A DNA stretch of 64,000 nucleotides, from positions 2,661-66,660 of the forward strand of contig CANQOR010000001.1 of assembly GCA_947625535.1 (NCBI GenBank), read 5' to 3'. Of the stretch, positions 30,128 to 39,803 are shown in pieces. Under the pieces are notes generated by a model. It ran no database searches and was not told the DNA's origin. It saw only the letters and a list, made by a program, of their open reading frames with translations. This DNA is from an uncultured Bacilli bacterium (GTDB lineage: Bacteria > Bacillota_I > Bacilli_A > RF39 > UBA660). Every line of letters starts with the position of its first letter. The stretch's first letter is position 1. A program made the position numbers and the translations under genes.

Positions 30128-32162
30128 ATGATTTCTTCATTTCTAAGATATTTTTAAAATATGTATTTTCTGTATGAGATATGTATATTAAAGTAGTATC
30201 TTTTAAATATGAATCAATATTATGTAATATTTCTGTTTCTGTTAAGTGATCTACTTCACTTAAAGATTCATCTAATATTAATATTTTAGGTTTACGTAGT
30301 AAAGATCTAGCTAAGATGATTCTTTGTCTTTCTCCTCCACTTAGATTAAAACCACTATCATATAATATAGAATCTAAACGAAGAGATTTCTTAGCTATTA
30401 TTTCATTAACTTTAGTTATATTTAGAACATCATTTATTTCTTTTAAACTATACTTTTTATTTAATGTAATATTATTTTTAATAGTATCTGAAAATATCTT
30501 TTCTCTTTGAGATACATATAAGATATTCTTTCTTATTGTATTTAATGAATAATCTTTAATATTTATATTAGCTATATTAATACTTCCATCATAGTTATTA
30601 ATATTTTTATTTAAGATCTGACATAAAGTACTTTTACCACAACCTGAGGGTCCTTTAAGTAATATATGTTCATTTTCTTTAATAAATAAATTAACTTTAT
30701 CTAATGATTTATGATAGTCATCATAACTATAAGATATATTATTAAAATTAATATCACCTGGTTTAAATTCTTCTATCTTTCCTCTATTTAATAAATCTAT
30801 ATTTATAAATTCACTTATTTTATTAAAAGATAATTTAATTAAGTGATATTTAGGAAGTAAATCTATGGCACTTTCAATAGGACTTATAAAATATGATACT
30901 AAACTATTAAATGTTATTAATTCTAAGATAGTTAGTTTATTTATACTTATTAAGTATATACCATAACTAGATATGATAAATAATCCTAATTCATTAATAG
31001 CATTTTTTAAAGATGTTATGATATTAAAGAATTTAGAATTATTAAAACTATCTTTTTCATAATTAATAAATGTTTCTTCAGTTTTATTTTCATAATAATC
31101 AATTAGATTTAAGTTACTTATAGATTCTAAAGAAGAAATATTTTCAGTTAAAGAAGAATTAAATTCTGTTTCTAAATCGATGTTATTATTTATTTTCTTT
31201 TCGATAAATGGACTTGCTATTATACCGATAATTAAATATATTATAGAAATTATACAAAGAATTAAAAATAATTTACTATTTATATTAATTAGAAAATAAA
31301 TAGATCCAAATGTTAAAGAGAAATCTAGAATAATAGTTATTAATATTTCAGAAAATAGTTCTTTTATATTATATAAATCATTTACTCTAGTAATTATTTC
31401 GCCAGTAGATCTTGATTTAATAACATCTAAAGGGAGATTAAAGATATGATATATAAAATCTGTTATTAAACGAAGATTTATATTTTTATTAAGATATATA
31501 GCTAATTCATTTTTATAATAGTTATAAAATATTTTTATAATAGTTAAAAATAAGAATATAAGCATTATAAAAATAGTTGTATTTATGTAACTAGTTTCAA
31601 CTATTGTAGTAATTATTTTTAAATAGTAACTAGTAATTATTGATAATATAGTGATAATTATATTAGATATTATTATTTTTATTAATAGTTTATTTTCTTT
31701 TAGGGCGAGATTTATAAATAAATCTTTAATATTAGTTTTTATTTTGTATAGAGGTATTTGTTTGTAAGGTTTAAAGATTAGTATTATATTAGTCCATTCT
31801 GCTATAAAGTCTTCTTTTTTTACTTTTTGATATCCTTTAGCTGGATCCATAATATAGACATATTTATTAGTTACTTTGTATATTACAACAAAGTGATTTA
31901 AACCTTTACCAGTTATTATATGAGCAATAGCTGGTAGAATAAGAGAATCTAATTTATTTATCTTTTGTCCTATAGCATTAAAGCCATATTTTTGCGCTGT
32001 TTTAATGAGATTGTAGGCTGTTGTTCCATTAGTATTAGTCTTTGTATCTAACCTTAGTGTTTCTAATGGTATATAGCCTTTATAATACTTTATAATTGAT
32101 TCTAAACAACAGATACCACAATCTCTAATATCATTTTGTTTAACTATATAATCTTTTTTCAT
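30120..32162 (-). CDS. C39 peptidase-containing ABC transporter (PCAT, ComA/SunT-like)
   Basis: QNDIRDCG, HFVV, DPAKG; TM domain; GPSGCGKST, LSGGERQR. Confidence 0.93.
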   Translation of the reverse strand: MKKDYIVKQNDIRDCGICCLESIIKYYKGYIPLETLRLDTKTNTNGTTAYNLIKTAQKYGFNAIGQKINKLDSLILPAIAHIITGKGLNHFVVIYKVTNKYVYIMDPAKGYQKVKKEDFIAEWTNIILIFKPYKQIPLYKIKTNIKDLFINLALKENKLLIKIIISNIIITILSIITSYYLKIITTIVETSYINTTIFIMLIFLFLTIIKIFYNYYKNELAIYLNKNINLRLITDFIYHIFNLPLDVIKSRSTGEIITRVNDLYNIKELFSEILITIILDFSLTFGSIYFLININSKLFLILCIISIIYLIIGIIASPFIEKKINNNIDLETEFNSSLTENISSLESISNLNLIDYYENKTEETFINYEKDSFNNSKFFNIITSLKNAINELGLFIISSYGIYLISINKLTILELITFNSLVSYFISPIESAIDLLPKYHLIKLSFNKISEFINIDLLNRGKIEEFKPGDINFNNISYSYDDYHKSLDKVNLFIKENEHILLKGPSGCGKSTLCQILNKNINNYDGSINIANINIKDYSLNTIRKNILYVSQREKIFSDTIKNNITLNKKYSLKEINDVLNITKVNEIIAKKSLRLDSILYDSGFNLSGGERQRIILARSLLRKPKILILDESLSEVDHLTETEILHNIDSYLKDTTLIYISHTENTYFKNILEMKKSYE

Positions 32163-32239
32163 ATTTACTCCCTTCACTTTATATTTTCTATGTAAGAGAG
32201 TTATTATCCTTTTTAATAAATAAAAAAAGATTAGTTTAT

Positions 32240-32677
32240 CTAATCTTCTTGATATGTAGTTGGATCTTGTTCTGGTATATTACAATGATCTGTATCTAAT
32301 AAACAAGTTGAACACTCCGTAAATTTAGATGTATCATTAGTTATTAAAGTATTAAAAGCATAATTGATAGCTGTAGGTAGTAAGAAAACTACTAAGCCAG
32401 CAACTATTTTTTTTATTAATGTTCCTACACTAGCTTTTAATTCATCTTCTTTACCAGATATAACTATTTTAGAAAAAGTTATTATTCCTCCCCCAATGAT
32501 TATTAAAGGAATAACTGTTTTAATAATATTAAGACCAATACCTATTATCATAAAAGTTCTTAATGTTCCAGGATATTCACAAAAGTGAATATCTGAAGAT
32601 GTAGCAGCATTTGTTATTGTAGGGATTAATAATATTAAACTTAGTATTAATAATTTAAATTTCTTAGATATTTGCAT
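32240..32677 (-). CDS. Pilin-like (TrbC/VirB2-type) small membrane protein
   Basis: Signal peptide (TNAA), two hydrophobic helices joined by SGKEDELK, Cys-rich tail CSTC...C. Confidence 0.55.
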   Translation of the reverse strand: MQISKKFKLLILSLILLIPTITNAATSSDIHFCEYPGTLRTFMIIGIGLNIIKTVIPLIIIGGGIITFSKIVISGKEDELKASVGTLIKKIVAGLVVFLLPTAINYAFNTLITNDTSKFTECSTCLLDTDHCNIPEQDPTTYQED

Positions 32678-32776
32678 TTATATCACCTATTAATATAATA
32701 ATATAATTTATAAAATTAGTAAAATAAAAAGTATATTTATTAATGTAAATAAATAAAATATATTAGTAATGGAGGA

Positions 32777-33271
32777 ATGAATATGATAAATAAACAAAGT
32801 ATATGGTTTACTTTTTTATTTAGTGTTATTTTAGTACTTAGTATTTTTTATGTTAGTATGAACGAAAATGAATTAAGTGATTTTGCTTTAGTTAATAATG
32901 AACCTGAAACTAGTTTAGTTATTAATGAAAGTACTGAATTAGTAGCTCTTAGAGTTCAAAGTGATGAAGAAACTTTAGAAACTATTAATAATTTACAAGA
33001 TGTCTTATTAAGTGAAACTAGTGATGTTCAAAGTAAGAATGATGCTTATAATGAGTTATTAATGATATCTAATAATAAGAGTATGGAAAGTAAGTTAGAA
33101 AAGATTATTAAAGATGAATTTAAATATGATTCTTTTGTCAAGATAAATGGTAGTAATGTAACTATTGTCGTAGATAATTCTAAACATGATTATAAGTTAG
33201 CTAATGACATTATAAGAAGAATGACAAAAGAATTTAGTGAAAATAAGTATATTACAGTTAAGTTTAATTAA
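32777..33271 (+). CDS. spoIIIAH: SpoIIIAH-like protein
   Basis: KQSIWFTFLFSVILVLSIFYV N-terminus; C-terminal DSFVKI..SNVTIVV...ITVKF ring-building motif. Confidence 0.82.
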   Translation: MNMINKQSIWFTFLFSVILVLSIFYVSMNENELSDFALVNNEPETSLVINESTELVALRVQSDEETLETINNLQDVLLSETSDVQSKNDAYNELLMISNNKSMESKLEKIIKDEFKYDSFVKINGSNVTIVVDNSKHDYKLANDIIRRMTKEFSENKYITVKFN

Positions 33272-33297
33272 CATAGTTATTTATTCTTCATAAAATA
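33270..33297 (+). promoter_or_regulatory. SigK-type promoter upstream of gerE
   Basis: AC-16 nt-CATAAAATA matches SigK consensus AC...CATAnnnTA. Confidence 0.6.
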
Positions 33298-33321
33298 TAG
33301 TAGTAAGAAAGAGAGATTTGT

Positions 33322-33525
33322 ATGAAGAATATATTAACAAAACGTGAAAAAGAAGTGTTTGATTTACTGATACTTAATTATACGACAGAAGATATTGCAA
33401 GAGCGATGATGATAAGTGAAAAAACAGTTAGAAATCATATATCTAATGTTATTCAAAAGTTAGGTGTTAATAGTAGAGGTCAAGCAATTATTGAATTATT
33501 AAAATTAAATGAAATAAAATTATAA
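33322..33525 (+). CDS. gerE: Spore coat regulator GerE (LuxR HTH)
   Basis: LTKREKEVFDLL...TT..IA...ISEKTVRNHISN..QKLGV..R.QA..ELL closely follows B. subtilis GerE. Confidence 0.85.
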   Translation: MKNILTKREKEVFDLLILNYTTEDIARAMMISEKTVRNHISNVIQKLGVNSRGQAIIELLKLNEIKL

Positions 33526-33588
33526 ACCCTTTTCAAGGGTTTTTATTCTTAAAATAATATTTATTAATATAATTTAATAGGTGGTTTA

Positions 33589-34515
33589 ATGTTAAAAAAA
33601 TATACTTTTAGAAAAATATCTTTAGCTACTCTACTCCTTTTATTAGCTTTTTTATTATATAATTTTCCTGATGAATTAAAAGAAGATGTATCTATAAAAA
33701 GAGATAAAAGTATTAATATTTATTTAATAGATGAAGATGATTTTATAGCAATGAGTGAAATAAGTTCTAATGCTAATAGTATAGATGAACAAATAGAAAC
33801 GATATTATATTCTTTAATAATAGATTCTAATTATAGTAGTAATTTACCTAATGGATTTAAAGCTATTATACCTAAAGATACGAAGATATTAGATTATAGT
33901 TTGGATGATGGTTTATTTAAGGTTAATTTTAGTAAGGAATTTTTAAATATTACAGAAGATAAAGAAGAAAAAATGATTGAAGCAATTATTTTTTCTTTAA
34001 CAACGATTAAAGATATTAAGAAAATTATGATATTTGTAGATGGGGTTAAGTTAAATGAATTACCTAATTCTCATAAGAAGTTAGATTTATATTTAGATCG
34101 TAGTTATGGAATTAATAAGGTTTATGATATTAGTACTTTTTATGATACGAAAATGGTTACGATATATTATTTAAATAAGAAGGATGATTATTATTATGTT
34201 CCAATTAGTTATGTTATAAATAGTGATGATACTAAGGTTGAAATTATTATTAATAATTTAAAGAGTAATCGTTTAAATAGTAGTACTTTATTAAGTCATT
34301 TAGATTATCAAGTAGAATTAATGAACTATGAAGAAAATGAGAATTCTTTAGTTTTAAATTTTAATGATATTTTACTTAATAGTATTTATAATGGTAAGTT
34401 AAAGGAAGAAGTAAAATATGCTATTTCTTATTCTATTTATGATACTTTAGGAATTAGTGATGTAGTATTTCAAGTAAATGGTAATGTTATTGATGAATTT
34501 AGACTTGAAAACTAG
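33589..34515 (+). CDS. gerM: GerM-like protein (two GerMN domains)
   Basis: LPNGFKAIIPKDTKIL, VNFSKEF, IIFSLT, TIYYL...YYVPIS. Confidence 0.8.
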   Translation: MLKKYTFRKISLATLLLLLAFLLYNFPDELKEDVSIKRDKSINIYLIDEDDFIAMSEISSNANSIDEQIETILYSLIIDSNYSSNLPNGFKAIIPKDTKILDYSLDDGLFKVNFSKEFLNITEDKEEKMIEAIIFSLTTIKDIKKIMIFVDGVKLNELPNSHKKLDLYLDRSYGINKVYDISTFYDTKMVTIYYLNKKDDYYYVPISYVINSDDTKVEIIINNLKSNRLNSSTLLSHLDYQVELMNYEENENSLVLNFNDILLNSIYNGKLKEEVKYAISYSIYDTLGISDVVFQVNGNVIDEFRLEN

Positions 34516-34554
34516 TAAATTTTATTATATAATCTATTTGTTCCATGAGTTAAT

Positions 34555-34631
34555 GTCCTCGTAGCTCAGCTGGATAGAGCAATCGCCTTCTAAGCGATCG
34601 GTCAGGTGTTCGAATCACCTCGGGGACACCA
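34555..34631 (+). tRNA. tRNA-Arg (anticodon UCU)
   Basis: Cloverleaf GTCCTCG...ATCGC-CTTCTAA-GCGAT...TTCGAAT...CGGGGAC-ACCA; promoter TTGAAA-17-TATAAT at 34505-34533. Confidence 0.97.
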
Positions 34632-34640
34632 TGTAAATAT

Positions 34641-34679
34641 TAAACTCGAGCTAAAATAGTTCGAGTTTTATTTATTTTA
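34641..34679 (+). terminator. Terminator after tRNA-Arg
   Basis: AAACTCGAGCTA-AAA-TAGTTCGAGTTT then T-rich tail. Confidence 0.75.
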
Positions 34680-34739
34680 TGTCAAGGTGAAATATTAAAC
34701 GCGCTTGATAAAAGAAGGATTTTATGTTATGATGAATTT

Positions 34740-34854
34740 GTCAAGGAAACTTGTACAAAATAAAAAAGGATACATTTGATTGACAGAATCAAATGCAATC
34801 CCTTTTAAGGATAGCATCTGAAATCAACAATAGTTGAAATCAGATGTTTTTTTT
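34740..34854 (+). ncRNA. Candidate small RNA (about 115 nt)
   Basis: TTGATA-17-TATGAT (TGn extended) promoter, three hairpins, T8 terminator, no obvious ORF. Confidence 0.5.
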
Positions 34855-36433
34855 ATTTTAAAGTAAATTTATGGGGATTAGTAACTGTTTCACTAGATAG
34901 TATAGCTTCCCTTACTAAACCTTCATTTTCTAATAAAGCACATTCAACGAAATCTAAACTTTTTAAGATTAAGTTATTTAGATCACGCATACTTTTATCT
35001 TTAGAAGATAATAAATCTAATAAACCATTTATATAAGAATCTGTAGCTATTAGTTTTACTTTAAATTCTTCTTCATATCTTATCTTTTTAGCTCTTAATA
35101 AACTTATTTTAGATTCTAAGATAACTCTTTTTTGTGTTTCTCTATCTAAAGGATAAAAAGGTATAATATGAGGTATTCTTGTTACTAGTTCTTTACCAAA
35201 ATATTGGGAATCATATATACGGTGAGGATCAAATGTAGTTTCTTCAGTAAATGTTTTAAAACCAACTGGTTTTTTACTATCAAATAAGTTTTGGAAAGCA
35301 CCAGCATAGACTTTGTTTAATAAATGTGTACGAAAGTTAAAGTCTTCTGATGATTTATCTTTATCTATTAAGAAAGTAGTTCCTTCTAAGAATTTTAACA
35401 TTATTTCTTTAACTGCTTCTTTAATATCTAGACCACTTTCCCCTATTTTATCAAATTCATCAAAGAAGATTAAAGCTCTTTCAGCTTTATCTAAATCATA
35501 GTTACAAGCTACTATTAAGGAATATAGACAATCTTCAATAGATGGTCCTTTTATTCCTTCAGGAACTAAGTTAGCTGTATTTACTTCAATAAATGGTAAT
35601 CCTAGGTAGTTAGCGGCAGCTTTAATAGTTTCTGTTTTACCTGTACCAGTCTCCCCTATTATAAGGATTGGTTCAGTACCATATTTTAAACCACCACGAT
35701 AGTTCATTATTAATGTTTTAGCTATGATTTTTATTTCTTCATCGTGACCAAAGACTCTTTCTTTAATATAGGTTTCTAAACCTTTTAGGGAAACTCCAGT
35801 TGGATCTATATCTATAGATTTTTTATTGCTTTCAACTACTGCAGGAGCTTTTTGAACTTCTTTAAGAGTTTCTATTTCTTTAACATGACCATTTTCAACT
35901 ATTATTTTAGTAGTTCCTTTAGCGGCTTCAGAAGATTTAAATTGAGAGATTAAATTACGATATCTTAATAGTTCTTTTTTTAATATTTCAATATCACTAA
36001 TACTTAGTAAAGCATCTAGACAATCTTCATTTAGAATTACAGCAGGTTTTTTCTTTTGCATAGAGTATTCTTCACGAGGATTAGGTGCTGTAATTATTTT
36101 CATATTTACTCTTTTTTTAGTTATTCCTTTAGGTGTACTTTCAACTAAGATAAGGGAATCTTTTTCTTCGGTAAAGAAATATTCTTTAACAAATTCTATA
36201 TCATCATAATCATATATTTCACATAGTTCTTTAGCATTATATATAGAATCTATTAAAAATTCTTGTTCTTCAATTGTCGTAATAGAATCAGCTACTTTAT
36301 ATACATCACTACTATAGAATAAATTACCCATAGAATAGCCTTCAACTACATCAATCGGAATTAAGATATATTTTATTTCTGATAGTTTTACTTTGGCATA
36401 CTTAATACCATAATCGATACGTTCTTTTTCCAT
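34853..36433 (-). CDS. ClpX/HslU-like AAA+ ATPase with long unknown N-terminal region
   Basis: VFGHDE, GETGTGKT, IFFDEFDKI, LKFLEG, GAF, PVGF loop, ELVTRIP, MRDL; start at MEKERIDY. Confidence 0.8.
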   Translation of the reverse strand: MEKERIDYGIKYAKVKLSEIKYILIPIDVVEGYSMGNLFYSSDVYKVADSITTIEEQEFLIDSIYNAKELCEIYDYDDIEFVKEYFFTEEKDSLILVESTPKGITKKRVNMKIITAPNPREEYSMQKKKPAVILNEDCLDALLSISDIEILKKELLRYRNLISQFKSSEAAKGTTKIIVENGHVKEIETLKEVQKAPAVVESNKKSIDIDPTGVSLKGLETYIKERVFGHDEEIKIIAKTLIMNYRGGLKYGTEPILIIGETGTGKTETIKAAANYLGLPFIEVNTANLVPEGIKGPSIEDCLYSLIVACNYDLDKAERALIFFDEFDKIGESGLDIKEAVKEIMLKFLEGTTFLIDKDKSSEDFNFRTHLLNKVYAGAFQNLFDSKKPVGFKTFTEETTFDPHRIYDSQYFGKELVTRIPHIIPFYPLDRETQKRVILESKISLLRAKKIRYEEEFKVKLIATDSYINGLLDLLSSKDKSMRDLNNLILKSLDFVECALLENEGLVREAILSSETVTNPHKFTLK

Positions 36434-36501
36434 AATGTCACCTGATTCGTAATGCTTTTTATTATATATTAAAGTGCAATAAAAAAGCAATCTAATTTTA
36501 T

Positions 36502-37041
36502 TTAGATTGCCATTAATTCTTCTTCTTTTTCTTTTAGTTTATCATCGATTTTTTTATTATATTCATTAATTAGTTTTTGAACTTCTTCTAACATTGTTTT
36601 TTCTTGATCTTCTGGAATACTTTCATCTTTTTTAATATCTTCATTAGCTTCTTGACGAACTTTTCTTAAAGCTACTTTAGTTTCTTCAGCTATTTGTTTA
36701 GCTTGTTTAACGTATTCTCTTCTTCTTTCTTCAGTAAGTTCGGGAACTGTTAAGATAACTGATTCACCATTATCAGTAGGATTAATACCTAAATTAGCTT
36801 CTTGGATAGCTTTAACTATATCTTTTAAGCAAGATTTATCAAATGGTTTAATCATCAATGTTTTGGCTTCAGGAACTGTTATATTGGCTAAACTTTGAAT
36901 AGGTGTTGGTGTTCCATAGTATTCAACATTAATACCATTTACCATAGCTGAATTAGCTCTTCCGGCTCTAATTGTTTTAAGGCGATTATCCATTACTTCT
37001 AAAGCACTCATCATCTTAAATTCTATATCACTGTCTATCAT
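36502..37041 (-). CDS. frr: Ribosome recycling factor
   Basis: IRAGRAN, YYGTPTP, PELTEERR. Confidence 0.97.
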   Translation of the reverse strand: MIDSDIEFKMMSALEVMDNRLKTIRAGRANSAMVNGINVEYYGTPTPIQSLANITVPEAKTLMIKPFDKSCLKDIVKAIQEANLGINPTDNGESVILTVPELTEERRREYVKQAKQIAEETKVALRKVRQEANEDIKKDESIPEDQEKTMLEEVQKLINEYNKKIDDKLKEKEEELMAI

Positions 37042-37083
37042 TTTTATCTCTTCCTTTAATAATTTAATTATAAAGCATAAATG

Positions 37084-37674
37084 TTATTTATTCAAATAAT
37101 ATTTATTAATTGCATTAGTTATTTCACCTTGGAATATAAATTCTTGTTCTTCACTCCAATAGTTTTCAATAGTTTCATTATTTTTCATCGCAGATGTTTC
37201 TATATTATAGTATAGTACTTTACCATTATCTATGATATATAAACTAGGAGCTAGTAAGTTAGTATCACTATCATCTGTTGTAACTAAGTATCCTTTTAAT
37301 AGTTCTTTTATTTCATAGTAGTTAGAATTTTTTTGATATTTATCATTATTTAAATCATAGTAATATACTTTATCTATTTTAAGTTTATTAAATACTTCAT
37401 CTATTTCTTCAATATATTTTTGAGAATATATTGAAGAACTACTACCTATAAAGATTATATTTTTACCATTACGAAGTAATGAAATCATTTTAGTACCAGA
37501 TATTACTTCATAGTATTCATTTTTATTTTCACTATAGTAATCATTTATTTTGTATATTTTTCTTTCACTATTACTAGCATATTTTTCACTTAAGTAAACA
37601 AAAGCACAAGCCATAGCTAGAAATAAGATTATATATATTATTTTTCTTAAACGAGATTTTAATCTTGGATTCAT
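37084..37674 (-). CDS. Membrane-anchored thioredoxin-like protein lacking CxxC
   Basis: N-terminal TM; IIFIG..SIYS, VYYYD, APSLYIIDNGKV. Confidence 0.6.
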   Translation of the reverse strand: MNPRLKSRLRKIIYIILFLAMACAFVYLSEKYASNSERKIYKINDYYSENKNEYYEVISGTKMISLLRNGKNIIFIGSSSSIYSQKYIEEIDEVFNKLKIDKVYYYDLNNDKYQKNSNYYEIKELLKGYLVTTDDSDTNLLAPSLYIIDNGKVLYYNIETSAMKNNETIENYWSEEQEFIFQGEITNAINKYYLNK

Positions 37675-37764
37675 AAAAACACTCCCTATAAGAAATTATA
37701 TCATAAATGTCTTTTATTTATTAGAAATAAAAAAGACACTTGTCTTAAAAGTGTCTAATTTATA

Positions 37765-38637
37765 TTAATTACCTATTTGGGCCATTACTTCTTCAGCGAA
37801 GTTATCTTGACGTTTTTCAATACCTTCACCTACGACAAAGCTAGTACAAGCAATTAATTCTCCTCCATTGTTAGTTACGTATTTAGTTACATCAATATCG
37901 CCATCTTTAATGAAAGCTTGAAGTGATAAACAAATTTCTTTGAAGAATTTGTTTAAACGACCATCAACCATTTTTTCAGCGATATCAGCAGGTTTTCCTT
38001 CGTTCATAGCTTGTTCTTTAAGAACTTCTCTTTCACGAGCTATTTCTTCTTCAGGAACATCTTCTTTGAAAACATATTTAGGTTTCATGGCAGCTGCTTG
38101 CATTGCTACATCTTTAGCTACTTCTTCGTTAGCTCCTTTGATTACAGATACAACAGCAATTTTTCCACCCATATGTAGGTATGTCCCGAATACTTCGTCT
38201 TTTTTCTTTTCGATAACAGCTAGACGACGGAAGTCTAATTTTTCTCCGATTTTAGCTGTTTTAGCAACCATTAAATCTCTAATAGTTCCATCTTTATATT
38301 TAAGTTCGTTAGCTTCTTCTAATGTTTTAGCTTTACTTTTTAGAATAGTTTCACCAACTGTTTTAATTAAATCTTTGAATTCTTCATTTTTAGTAACAAA
38401 GTCTGTTTCTGCATTAATTTCAATCATAACAGCTTTATTACCTTTTACAAAGATATCTGCTAAACCTTCAGCAGCAATACGTGATTCTTTCTTACCAGCT
38501 TTAGCAATACCTTTTTCACGTAACCAATCAACAGCTGCTTCAAGATTGCCATCACATTCAGTTAAAGCTTTTTTGCAATCCATCATACCAGCACCAGTTT
38601 GTTCACGTAATTCTTTAACTAAGCTTGCGCTTATCAT
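37765..38637 (-). CDS. tsf: Elongation factor Ts
   Basis: VKELREQTGAGMMDCKKAL, NAETDFV. Confidence 0.98.
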   Translation of the reverse strand: MISASLVKELREQTGAGMMDCKKALTECDGNLEAAVDWLREKGIAKAGKKESRIAAEGLADIFVKGNKAVMIEINAETDFVTKNEEFKDLIKTVGETILKSKAKTLEEANELKYKDGTIRDLMVAKTAKIGEKLDFRRLAVIEKKKDEVFGTYLHMGGKIAVVSVIKGANEEVAKDVAMQAAAMKPKYVFKEDVPEEEIAREREVLKEQAMNEGKPADIAEKMVDGRLNKFFKEICLSLQAFIKDGDIDVTKYVTNNGGELIACTSFVVGEGIEKRQDNFAEEVMAQIGN

Positions 38638-38668
38638 ACTTGTAACCCTTCTTTCTAAAAAATTTATA

Positions 38669-39646
38669 TTATTCGCTTAATGAAGCAATTAATTCATCTT
38701 TTTTCATAGCAGAATAACCTTTAATTCCTGAAGCTTTAGCCATGGCTTTTAGTTCAGTTAAAGTTTTAGTACTTAAGTCTTCTTCTACTTCAGCAACAGT
38801 TTCTTCTGTTACTTCAGTTTCTTCTTCAACTACTTCTTCTGCTTCTTCTTTTTTAGCTTTTTTATCTTCTTCAAAAGATTCTTCTAAAGTTTCAGCAAAA
38901 TTTTCTTCTTTTTTAGAATCTTTCTTAGCCTTTTTATCTTCTTCTGTTACATAGTCGATTATTTCGCCACCATTTGCTTCAGCAATGGCATTTCCTAATA
39001 CACCTAGAACAACTTTAACAGCTCTTACAGCATCATCATTACCAGGGATTACATAATCAACATCATCTGGATCACAATTTGTATCTACGATACCGAAAAT
39101 AGGAATATTTAATTTTCTTGCTTCTCTAATTGCATTTAATTCTTTTTTAGGATCAACAATTATTAAAGCTTGTGGTAATTTATCCATTGAACGGATACCA
39201 CATAATAATTTGTTTAGTTTTTCATATTCTTTTTTAAGATTTATAACTTCTTTTTTAGGTAAAACATCAAATGTTCCATCTTTTTCCATATTTTCAATTT
39301 CTTCAAGACGTTTTACTCTACTTCTAATAGTACGGAAGTTTGTTAATGTACCTCCTAACCATCTTTCAGTTACATAATATGAATTTGTCCTTTCGGCATT
39401 TTCTTTAGCAGCTTCTTGAGCTTGCTTTTTAGTTCCTACGAATAGGAATGTTCCTCCATTTGCAGCAATTTTATTAATTTCTGCATATGCTTCTTCGATT
39501 TTTGCTAATGTTTTTTGCAAATCGATAATATAAATGTCATCTCTAGTTGTAAAAATGTACTCTTTCATTTTTGGATTCCATCTTTTTGTTTGATGTCCAA
39601 AATGAACTCCAGCTTCTAATAAATAACTTAAAGAAACTACGGCCAT
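38669..39646 (-). CDS. rpsB: 30S ribosomal protein uS2 with acidic tail and Rho-N-like C-terminal domain
   Basis: [40 protein letters not shown]. Confidence 0.98.
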   Translation of the reverse strand: MAVVSLSYLLEAGVHFGHQTKRWNPKMKEYIFTTRDDIYIIDLQKTLAKIEEAYAEINKIAANGGTFLFVGTKKQAQEAAKENAERTNSYYVTERWLGGTLTNFRTIRSRVKRLEEIENMEKDGTFDVLPKKEVINLKKEYEKLNKLLCGIRSMDKLPQALIIVDPKKELNAIREARKLNIPIFGIVDTNCDPDDVDYVIPGNDDAVRAVKVVLGVLGNAIAEANGGEIIDYVTEEDKKAKKDSKKEENFAETLEESFEEDKKAKKEEAEEVVEEETEVTEETVAEVEEDLSTKTLTELKAMAKASGIKGYSAMKKDELIASLSE

Positions 39647-39803
39647 AAAAATTTCCCTCCTTCGTTATACTTCTGTTTGTTTCTAAATATATTCACTTAT
39701 TAAGCACTCGAATATAAAATTCACAAACATGTTTATTTGCTTTTTAAAGCCGGTACTATTGTATCAAAAAAAAGTACTTATAACAAGTACTTTTTGATAT
39801 TTT

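Noticed and set aside
34555-36490. tRNA-Arg as an integration site of a mobile element
   Set aside because: No integrase and no duplicated tRNA 3' end seen; core gene frr follows after one ORF
37940-38954. Plus-strand ORFs of 246 aa and 70 aa
   Set aside because: Antisense to tsf and rpsB; Ser/Leu-rich mirror of biased codon usage
39647-39760. Structured autoregulatory rpsB leader
   Set aside because: Plausible by position, but I could not define a convincing fold or consensus by eye
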